A stretch of DNA of 64,000 bases from Octopus sinensis (lineage: Eukaryota): contig NC_043009.1 of assembly GCF_006345805.1 (NCBI RefSeq), positions 67,208,001 through 67,272,000 on the forward strand. Reading direction: 5' to 3'. The position numbers and the translations under genes were made by a program. Below are positions 51,571 through 61,209 of the stretch, piece by piece. A model generated the notes under the pieces. The model saw only the letters and a list, made by a program, of their open reading frames with translations, had not been told where the DNA came from and did not search any database. Position 1 is the stretch's first letter, and every line of letters starts with the position of its first letter.

Positions 51571-51837
51571 ATGACAACAAAAGAATGAAAAAGACCTCGA
51601 TTTTATGTAAATAGAGGAATTTCTCTGCAAATATAATATGTGACAATTATTTGGTAGCCATGATAAAACGTCGAGTTTCGGATGTGGGGGCGGAAATCCA
51701 CATCGGCATCTCTTCCGTTATCAGGCCATCAATGGCCTGGTAACTGAAGAGATGTCAGTGTAGGTTTCCACCCCGACATCTGAAACTCGGAGTTTTATCA
51801 TGGCTACCGAATAATTGTCACATATTATATTTACAGA
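51571..51837. mobile_element. palindromic hammerhead-bearing repeat (inverted pLTR-like)
   Basis: Arms 51625-51729 and 51732-51836 are 105 bp each, with 14 mismatches, no indels and a 2-nt loop. Confidence 0.65.
51738..51800 (+). ncRNA. type I hammerhead motif in the right arm of a palindrome
   Basis: TGGTAA-CTGAAGA-GATGTC..GACATC-t-GAAAC-TCGGA-GTT-TTATCA. Helix I is 6 bp (one G-U), helix II is 6 bp and the triplet is GUU. Confidence 0.65.
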
Positions 51838-52142
51838 TATATATATATATATGTATATATAATCAGTAAAGATTCCAATTAGATTATCTGGTGACATAGA
51901 TTTGGTAATTATCTTTGAGGGAAATTATGCAGTGCACCATAAAGCAAAGGAGCAAATGAATGAATTAAACTAATTTGCTATAATATATCCTCACATTGCT
52001 CTGCGACAATGACAGGGTTACATCTCAGGTGTCCCTTAGAGGGGGATCTCACAGTGGTGGGGTCTAACAACAGAAGGACCCATAGACATAATTTGCTTAA
52101 AATCACAATCGCATCGCTGAAATGAGTAAAATATATATATAT

Positions 52143-52539
52143 GGCTCCTGTGCTGGTGGCACGTAAAAAGCACCAACCAATCGTGACTGATGCCAGTACG
52201 CCCTGACTGGCTCCTGTACCAGTGGCACGTAAAATGCACCATCTGAATGTGACTGATGCCAGTAGCCTCGGACTGGCTTCTGTGCCGGTGGCACGTAAAA
52301 GGCGCCAACCAATTATGACTGATGTTACTACCCCCTAACTGGTTCCTGTGTCGGTGGCACATAAAAAGTACCCACTACACTCTCAGAGTGGTTGGCGTTA
52401 GGAAGGACATCCAGTTGTAGAAAGTTTGCCAGACCAGATTGGAGCCTGGTGCAGCCTTCTGGCTTTCCAGACCTCAGTCAAATCATCCAACCCATGCCAG
52501 CAGGGAAAGCAGACGTTAATCGATGATGATGATGATGAT
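52143..52539 (+). mobile_element. RTE-tail repeat with tandem units and (GAT)n tail
   Basis: Repeated ctgactggctcctgtgccggtggcacgtaaaaagcacc units, then gttaggaaggacatccag...gacgttaatc(gat)n. Confidence 0.8.
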
Positions 52540-52859
52540 ATTCTAGTTTGAATACCCAATGAAATACCCAGGCAATTACTTGATTTTCAACTACAACAAA
52601 TTAAAAGTAAAATTGAGCCATGCTACATAAATGTTTTATTAGCAAATTAATTCCAATAATTTAATAACTTTCCTATTAATTAGCTTCGTTACTAATGCAG
52701 AAATGCATTGATACAATAAAGCCTTTTGTTGGACCACATTTCTTGTTTGGTTTTTTGGGGCCCTGATAATGAATTTCTCAGCATTCTTCTTCAGGCTGCA
52801 ACATATTAAGGGCCCCATGAGAGAAGTATAGGATAGAGAGTTTCAGATTGATTATTTTA

Positions 52860-53311
52860 AAGATCTGTCCTTGTACCTTGTTTTATAGTCATAGCAAAAC
52901 ATGGCTTGCATGGAAATTGGAGATACCTAATCTTGAAGGGCAGCTCAGTGTTTGGTACCAGTGGAATTTCTTAGTAGGAGGACAGTGTCACTTTTGTAGG
53001 GACTGCTGGAAATAATAACTTCAATGACATTTGTATGAAACCAGGAGATGATGCATTGAGTTCACTCATTACTTTTGAGGGGTCCATATTCCATAGGATC
53101 ATGACGGGGTCTCCAACTTTAAGTTTCAGGATGTGAGAGGGAATTCTTGGAACCTCAATTGAGTTTAATGCCCCTACTAGTTAGGTTACAGAATTCTAAT
53201 CCTTGGCAATACAAGCCACAGACTTGTAGTTTCTCTCTTTGCCTGGAATTTCTCTCAAATGCCATTTGTTGAGCTGATTGAGGTGTTCAAAGGAGACAGT
53301 ATTACTCTTTC
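52860..53311 (-). pseudogene. Helitron PIF1-type helicase fragment (frameshifts and stops)
   Basis: Fragments read ERVILSPLN..., NKWHLREIPGKERNYKSV, LNSIEVPRIPSHILKLKVGDPVMIL and IPLVPNTELPFKIRYLQFPCKPCFAMTI(N)KVQGQ. These match the PIF1/RepHel C-terminal motifs, including FAMTINKxQGQ. Confidence 0.85.
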
Positions 53312-53984
53312 TACCGATCACTTAGACCTGGTTCCTTTGCTGAGGAAGACTTCAGCTTTGAGCTGCTTTAGGGTTGAAACTGTTTTCCCCAATCCCCAAG
53401 GGATATTAATGATAACCAGGTTTTAGCAGCTCCTGCCACCAAGCTGGTCTTTTTTTTTTTTTTGCCAAACCACATATATTTACACCTACAGAAGGCAATG
53501 AGGCACCCCTTCTAAACCAAAACACATTGATATCATGTTAAATAAACCGAGAGCACCCCCCCCCCCTATTTATGCATTCCAACACTTTTCTGGCCATTCT
53601 AGTTTCTTTTTTCTTTTACAAATATTGCTTAACAACATCCAGAGAATAAAAGGACAGCATTTGTTGTTGTTGTTTCCTGTCACCCTATTATTAATGCCCC
53701 ACCCCAGTCCTACCCATTAACTCCCCCCTCTCTCTTTACCCCCACCCCACCCATTCTACCTCGAATATTGTTTAACTGCTTCATTTTTCAGGTTATTATT
53801 GTAGCTAATTATGTTGACTTTGCTCCTGCTATTACGCACACTGTCGTTCTTCATTGTTGTTGCTGTTGTTGTTGTGATGATGATATTGTAATTTATGTTT
53901 TTGTTGTTGCTGTAATTATGATGATGATGTTATTGTAGCTTCTATTTGTTGTTGTCGTTGTTGTTGTTGTAATCATTATTCTTC

Positions 53985-54785
53985 GGTGAGCTGGCAGAAT
54001 CATTAGCATGCTGGACAAAATGCTTAGAAACGTTTCTGAGTTCAAATTCTGGCCGAGGTCAACTTGGCCTTTCATCCTTTCAGGGTTGATGAAATAAGTA
54101 CCAGTATAATACTAGGGGCGGGGTCGATGTAATTGACTTACCCCCCTCCTCTGAAATTGCTAGCCTTGTTCCAGAGTTTGAAATCCTCCTTCTCCTCCTC
54201 ATCATCATCATGGCAGGGGCAGCTGTAAGCTTTACCGAATTGTTAGCATGCTGGACCTGTCTTATGTTCTGAGTTCAAATTCTGTTGACTTTGTCTCTCA
54301 TCCTTTCAGGGGTGATAAAGCTAGTTCCAGTCAAGTGCTGGGGTCACTAGAAATTAGAAATTATTATTATTTTTAAAGGATGGTGTTTTGGAAAATTTGT
54401 TTAGAATGTTGGACGAAATGCTTTGCTGGGTTGCTTCTGGTTACTTTACATTTTGTGTTTCAATCCTGATAAAGTCAAACTTTGCCTTTTATCTCTCTGG
54501 GGTCCAAAATAAAGTACCAGTCAAGTACTGGGGTTGAAGGAATTGACTAAGCCCCTTCCTTTAAAATTGTTTGCTGCCTTGTGCCTTAATCAGAAACCAT
54601 CAGAATGGTTAGCAGGCTGAGCAAAATGCTAAGCATCGTTTTGTTTGTCTTTACATTCCGATCTAGGATTCCACTTGGGTTAATTTTTCTTGTCATCCTT
54701 TCAGGGATAAGCACTGGGGTACATATAATCAACCCCACCCCTAACAAAACCAAAAAATGCTGGCCTTGTGCCAAAATTTGAAATC
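53985..54785 (+). repeat. chain of four SINE-A copies in the RhoGEF intron
   Basis: Four consecutive same-strand copies at about 53985, 54212, 54400 and 54600. Confidence 0.7.
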
Positions 54786-55558
54786 ATCTTCATTATTATT
54801 ATTATTTTTGATTTTCCTCAGGTTCGGTCTTATTCCTGGATGGATTTATATGGGTTGCTCAGGTTACCACTTGTAACCTTAGATACCCACAAGCTTTCAA
54901 TAGTCTTTCAAATGCTCAGAACGTCCTTGATAATCTTTCTTGTCTCTGAGAGGCAAACTTTCTTTAAAAGATCCACAGGACATTCCATTCCAATCTCCTT
55001 CAACCATTTGTCTATGTCTTTGCTTAATTATTACCATCATCATCATCATCATCATCATTATTATTTCAACCCCTGTCATTTTGTAATTTGTATTTGTAAT
55101 TTTCCTTTGTCCCTTGTAACATTAAAAGAAGCTATCATCATCATCGTCATCGTTATGTTATCAAAGACAATCTTTTGCGTTGGCCGATATCATTTGTAGA
55201 GAGAGAGAGCTTGAACATAAACAAAACAGAAGCCATTCTGCTAGGCAGGTCTCGTCCCACCCACCTCATTGTTTGTGACACTATTGTTGCAGGATGTCAG
55301 CCTCAGGCTTGAAATAGGTTTGTTGCTGTTATAGAGACTAGAAAGAAGTTTGTTGTGGCGGCAGATTTGGAAAGGAATTCACATGACTGACACACACTCC
55401 ATTGCTAGTTTATCCAATTAGACTTTTAATTCCCTAAGTATCCAACAGTTGATTAACACGTGGCCAATTTTGTTTTAGCAGACCTGTGATTAAAGGTATT
55501 CTCTTTCAGCCATAATCATTCCATCTTTTAATTTTTCTAGGACTGCCTTTTTATTTAA

Positions 55559-55773
55559 CCCTTTCGTTACTGAATTTATTTTGAGATGCTCTGGGTTTCT
55601 TTCAATTACTTTAAATATAACAAAGAATTTAGTAAAATAACTTAGTTATCATTCAGGTAGTGTTAGGAACATAAATTGTGGCTAAAGTTTGGTGGAAGAT
55701 TTTTATTCAAAACTTATGAAAACAAGACATTTGTACTACAGAGGCAGTTTCAGCTGGGTTGGTATCAAAAGGG
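55559..55773. mobile_element. piggyBac-type MITE, copy 1
   Basis: TTAA|CCCTTTCGTTAC...GGTATCAAAAGGG|TTAA. Confidence 0.75.
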
Positions 55774-55804
55774 TTAAGAATGGTTTCTCTATTATATATT
55801 TTAA

Positions 55805-56026
55805 CCCTTTTGTTACCATATTTCTGTTGAGATGCTCTGCATTTTTTGCAGTTAATTTAAAATATAACAAAGAATTTAGTAAAATATCTTAGTTGTCATT
55901 AAGCTTGTGTTAAGAACATAAATTGCGACAAAGGTTTGCTGAAAGATTTTAATTCAGAACTTACGAAAACCAGACATTTCTACTACAGAACCAGAGCTGG
56001 TTTCAGCCAGGTTGGTTACGAAAGGG
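55805..56026. mobile_element. piggyBac-type MITE, copy 2 (same family, same orientation)
   Basis: TTAA|CCCTTTTGTTACC...GGTTACGAAAGGG|TTAA. Internally colinear with copy 1. Confidence 0.75.
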
Positions 56027-56315
56027 TTAAAGACAGTAGTGTGTGATTTGAGGGAGTTTCAGCTGTTGTTTGTTGTGATGGGAGAACAACAGGTTAGCAT
56101 CTACTAAGGGGAGATAAGTCCCTTTATTCTTTTATTCCTTAATTCCTTTATTCTTTTATTATTTCATTTGTTTCTCTCTCATTAGACTGCGGCCATGCAG
56201 AATTTTAGTCAAATGAATCGACCCCAGTACTCAGTTTTTTTTCTCTTTTTTTGAAAGCCTGATACTTATTCTATCTTATTCTCTTTTGCTGAACTGAAAC
56301 CTACCAACACCATTT

Positions 56316-56973
56316 GTCAAGAGTCCTCTCTGCAATATGGACACATATTTATCTGAGTTTATGTTTCCCTCATACACCACCAGCTCTGATCGACCATTGC
56401 TCCAAATTGCTTCCCAGACCATCACAGAATTAGCTGCCATGTTTCATTGTTGGCTTCAATCTTTTCACATCAAATTCTTGATCACAGAGTCTCCAGACCC
56501 ACATCTGACCACTGTCTGGAAATACAGCAAATCTGGACTCCTCAGAGAATATGACAGTGTCCCAAAATGCTAGTGGCCTCTCCACCATCTCACTGGCCCA
56601 ATCTTTTCTCCACTTATGTTGGCTGGTTGAAGAAATGGCTTCTTTCTTGCTGCTCTGCCATAGTAACCAAGTTTATGGAGACACCTGACAGCTGTTCTGT
56701 GACTGACATCAACTTGTTATGCTATGACAGAGGCCTTGCCACATGGATCATCCTCCACACTTCTCTTAGAAAAGAGAAGGGTCCTGTCAGAGGGCCTTGG
56801 TTGATCTGGGCGAGGTAATGTGGACTCCTTCCCCTCTCTGGTGAATTGCACAATCATTCTGCTAACTGTAGAAAGGTTTTCTGCGATTTTACGGTATGTC
56901 CACCATCACAATGATCCACAATATGGCCTCTTTGAAATTCAGATAGTTCCAAGGCTTCTTTTGTACGTGGCAT
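56316..56973 (-). pseudogene. degenerate Tc1-like transposase (N-terminus to mid catalytic domain)
   Basis: MPRTKEALELSEFQRGHICG..., GRAARKKPFL, FWDTVIFSEESRF, PTMKHG..SVMVW, EGNINSDKYVSIL. Frameshifts and stops are present. Confidence 0.85.
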
Positions 56974-57104
56974 GATTAAAAAGCCACAAATAGAATCTGA
57001 AACATAAAAATGTCAATCAATAAAGAAAAAGTATAAACCATTACAAGTTAGAATAAACATAGAAACAATGTTTTATGGGGTGTTTATTTACTTCTGTCAT
57101 GTCT

Positions 57105-57144
<40 letters not shown>

Positions 57145-58052
57145 CATAGATATGCGTTTACTCTTTTTGTATTTGGTTTGCAAGATTCCTGATGCAAACT
57201 CATGTAACCAGTTGACGAATTATTATCAAGAAGTGAAATTAAACCAGTGTGTGTTTATCACTGGCATAATGACCCTCCTGAGTATCATCATCATCATCAT
57301 CATCGTTTAATGTCCGTTTTCCGTGCTCATGGGTTGGACGGTTCGACCGAGGTCTGGGAAGCCAGGGGCTGCACCAGGCTCCAGTCTGAACTGGCAGAGT
57401 TTCTACAGCTGGATGCCCTTCATAACGCCAACCACTCCGCGAGTGTAGTGGGTGCTTTTTACGTGCCATCTGCACAGGTGCCAGGGGAGTCCGGCATCGG
57501 CCATGATCGGTTGGTGCTTTTTACGTGCCACCGGCACGGAAGCCAGCCAATGCGGCGCTGGCACACTATTTAATTAACATTTAATATTTTACAGTAGCTT
57601 GACCTGTTGATTCTGCTTTTTAAAAGATTTGGTTTCTAATTAAAATATATTATTTTCAGTATTTATTTTTAATTATTTTCAGTATTTACTTAATGTTTGT
57701 TTTATTTTTATGGCAGCTGAAAGTACTTTTTATTTTTAATCACTAGAGTGGAAACTTGTTGTCAGCTAAGCAAACTGAGGCAAACAGAATTATGTGCCTT
57801 CATTATTGGCACAATGCAACCACTGTGTCTCTTTGTCTCCTTCCCTTATATACATATATATATATATAGTTGAAAATGGATACCATGCATTCTTACATTC
57901 AACACATACGTATCTATACACAGTACATGCATAGCTTTTTCTACACATAAACACATACATGCATACATACATACATGCACACATTCGCATGTATTTTCTT
58001 GTGCTCCGATACTAACAGTGTATGTATAAATAAATGTGTGTGTGTGTACGTT

Positions 58053-58085
<33 letters not shown>

Positions 58086-58405
58086 AAACCTTCGCACATG
58101 CACATACACAATATGTGACATACATCTACTACCTCTCCATACACACATACATACAATCCCACACAAGCACAGATACATAAACGTACACATCTACACCTAT
58201 TTGAAGAAACCATTACCAAAATGAAGATAACAGTTATCTTTGTCCCAAACTTCTCTACTGATGCCTCTCTGTGCTACGACTTATCTTTTCATTTTCTCCC
58301 CACGTCTCTCTCTGTCTCTATCTCTGTCTGTCTGTCTGTCTCTGTCTCTCTAACGTTCGTACTTGCTTACTCTTTCACTCTCTCTCTGTTACTTTTCTCT
58401 TGCAG

Positions 58406-58582
58406 AAATACATGATTCCACTGAAAACCCAGAAGAACTTGGACGAGAATACAGTTGCCACTATATTTCACATGGTTCCAGAGATTCTGACACACCACTC
58501 CATCTATTTAGACTTTCTCAACAATGTTTGGGAGAACTGGGACTCCAAGTCAAGTACACTCGGTGATATAATCATCTACTTT
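58406..58582 (+). CDS. RhoGEF DH domain exon: KYMIPLKTQKNLDENTVATIFHMVPEILTHHSIYLDFLNNVWENWDSKSSTLGDIIIYF
   Basis: Acceptor acttttctcttgcag, 177-nt phase 0/0 exon and perfect donor GTAAGT. Joins in frame to the 49739 exon across an 8.6-kb intron. YM.PLK, IF..vPEiL.HH and W.S....GD are ARHGEF17/10-type DH motifs. Confidence 0.9.
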
Positions 58583-58761
58583 GTAAGTAGTTCTCATCAT
58601 TCACTTGATGAAAGCTTTCTCAGCCTCTACAATTAATTCTTCAGTTTATTGGGATGTGTGTGTGTGTGTGTGTATGAATGAGTAAGAGAAACATATACAC
58701 CAGTGTTTATTCTTGTGTGTATATACCGACCTATGTTATATGAACATGTGAATGTACAATA

Positions 58762-59324
58762 CAGGGTGGGCCAAAAGTAGGTTTACAGTTATTCAATTAT
58801 CTCTTTCGCATTTATGTATTAAGAGTTTAGATCTTAATTAGAAGAAAAATATGAAACCGTTATTCAGCAAGATGGAGCACCTCCACATTATGCATTAACA
58901 GCAAGAGACTACCTTGACCAAGCCTTTCCACAGCGTTGGTTTGGAAGACGGGGCAGCACCGAATGGTCACCTGACCTGACACCAATGGATTTCTTTTTGG
59001 TGGGAGGTGTTGTAAAGAACAAGGTTTATGAGAAGAATCCCAAAACAGTAATGAATTAAAAGCTTACATTTCTGACGCATTTCACTGAAATTGATGGAGA
59101 TCGGAATTTGTGCCACACTGTATGTCAGAATGTTCTGAAGAGGTTTGAAGAATGTTGCAATGTTGAAGGAGGACATTTTGAGCCTCTGAGAGATTAAATT
59201 TTATCTGTTTAAAATGTGCATAAACAATGTGATTGTAAGACAGAAATTTAAATATAATAAAATGTTCTAAAAGAAATTTAAGGTGCCTACGTGATAACTG
59301 TAAACCTGCTTTTGGGCCGCCCTC
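58762..59324 (+). mobile_element. internally deleted Tc1/mariner transposon with TIRs and transposase C-terminus
   Basis: TA flanks on both sides and 28-bp TIRs (CAGGGTGGGCCAAAAGTAGGTTTACAGT, 4 mismatches). 58862-59197 reads QQDGAPPHYA..RWFGRRG..W..SPDLTPMDFF..VKNKVY..EGGHFE* with frameshifts. Confidence 0.88.
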
Positions 59325-60257
59325 TATATACTTTCATCAGTCAGTATTGCCCTCATGTAAGGCACTGAGCCAGCAGATCTATTAGCATGCTGGGCAAAAA
59401 GCTTAGTGGCATTTCATCTGTTATCAGTTCAAATTCTACCAGAATCAACTTTGCCTTTCATCCTTTTGGGGTTGATAGAATAAATACCAGTTGAACACTG
59501 GGGTCAATGCTATCAATTTAGCCCCTCTTAAAATTGATGGCTTTGTGCCAAATGGGAGACCAATATTGCTTGCATCTGTGTTTGTGGGTGTTGCTACATG
59601 TGATATTTTGTCCTAAATCCATGATGATTTGTGCATTCATTTCCACTTAACATGTTTATGTTTCTGTAGGTATACATGAATGTGTGCATGTGAGTACACA
59701 CATGCACACACAGTGCATGCTTGGTTTTTTTGAGACTCAGAGTAACAACAAAGTGAAGCCTTAGTTTCAGATGAAGGATGTATATATATATGATAAATAT
59801 TAAAGAATGGAGTTGGTAAATCATTTTAATACATCGTTTACAATTGTTTCATCATTCTCCAACAAATCAGTATATCATCATCACTGTTTAATGCCCGCTT
59901 TTCCATGGGTCAGATGGAATTCGTCAAGATAGAATTTCTATAGCCAGATACCCTTCCTGTCACCAACCCTCACCTGTTTCCAAGAACATTAATATTTTCC
60001 CTTGGCCAGACATGTTTCTTTACAGAAGGCTGGAATGAACATCACTTGTATAGTGGAGATACTTGTTTAAAACTAAGATGTTAAAATACCAATATAAGTT
60101 TCTTCCAGTCTCTGTCTACCAAATTCACTCACAAGGCTTTGTTTGGCCTGGGGCTATAGTAGGGGACACTTGACCACGATGGGACTAAACTTAAGACCAT
60201 GTGGTTAGGAAGCAAGCTTTTTTTAACCACAGAACCACTTTATATATATATTTATTA

Positions 60258-60667
60258 TATATTATTTACATTTGACGGATAGTTGTCCCCATCTTGTTTG
60301 TTGTTAACACCCTTTCAGCTCCACCCTTCATCAGGTCTTTCAAACCTGGGTTCTTTGATGTTATTATTATTATTGTTCACTGCCTGAAATCGAACTCGGA
60401 ATCTTGGGGTTAGTAGCACACGCTCTTAACCACTACACCATATGCCCGTGGGCAGTTATGGGGTGAATTTTAAGGCTTATAAATCTAATATTTTCCTATC
60501 CTTCCTTAGGAATGAGAACCCAGGTTCGAAATTTCCCTAAGACACCTGATGAAAGCTGGAGGGTATATCAGCCGAAATGTTGTGTTAACAATAAGCAAGA
60601 TGAGAACAAATATCCATCAAATGTAAATAATGTACATAATTCCTCATCTCTTAAATACAGAACTGTA
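60258..60667. mobile_element. head-to-head inverted pair of tRNA-like/hammerhead repeat
   Basis: Minus copy ~60258-60463 with tRNA-like segment 60375-60447, and plus copy 60504-60667 without it. Confidence 0.72.
60541..60586 (+). ncRNA. minimal hammerhead of the tRNA-HHR repeat family
   Basis: GACAC-CTGATGA-A-AGCTG gagggtatat CAGCC-GAAAT-GTT-GTGTT. One helix II mismatch at the closing pair. Confidence 0.5.
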
Positions 60668-61177
60668 ATACATATATATATATATGCATGGTCACATTCC
60701 AAATTGGTTTTTATTTGAAATTTCTATCCTCCTAGATAGATCAGGAACAATGTTATGGTTGAGCAATTCATTTTTGGTGTGGTTTCTATTGTTGCATGTC
60801 CTTCTTATTACCATCCACCTTACTGACACTGAGTGCATTGTATCATGGCACCAGCAGGAAAGAATTGTCTTGACCCTTGCAAGACTAAACAGTCTTCTCT
60901 TTTTCTGCTCTTCATTAATTCATCAGCATCAGACATTCATATCCTGATGAAGACTAGAGAGAATCCTGTCTTTGTCTGTTTTCTCTGTTTATTCATTTCC
61001 TCGTTTCCCATAGAAGAGAAGCAGGGTAAGAAGGTGACAGAAGAATAAAAGAAGAACCAAAGTAATAGGGGCAAGAGGGTGACAGGGGAGAGAAAAGGGG
61101 AGAGAGGTGAAGAAAGATAGCTGTGTTGTGGTTTTTGGTAAGGAGATAGGATAGAAATAACATGACTGATAGGATGA

Positions 61178-61209
<32 letters not shown>

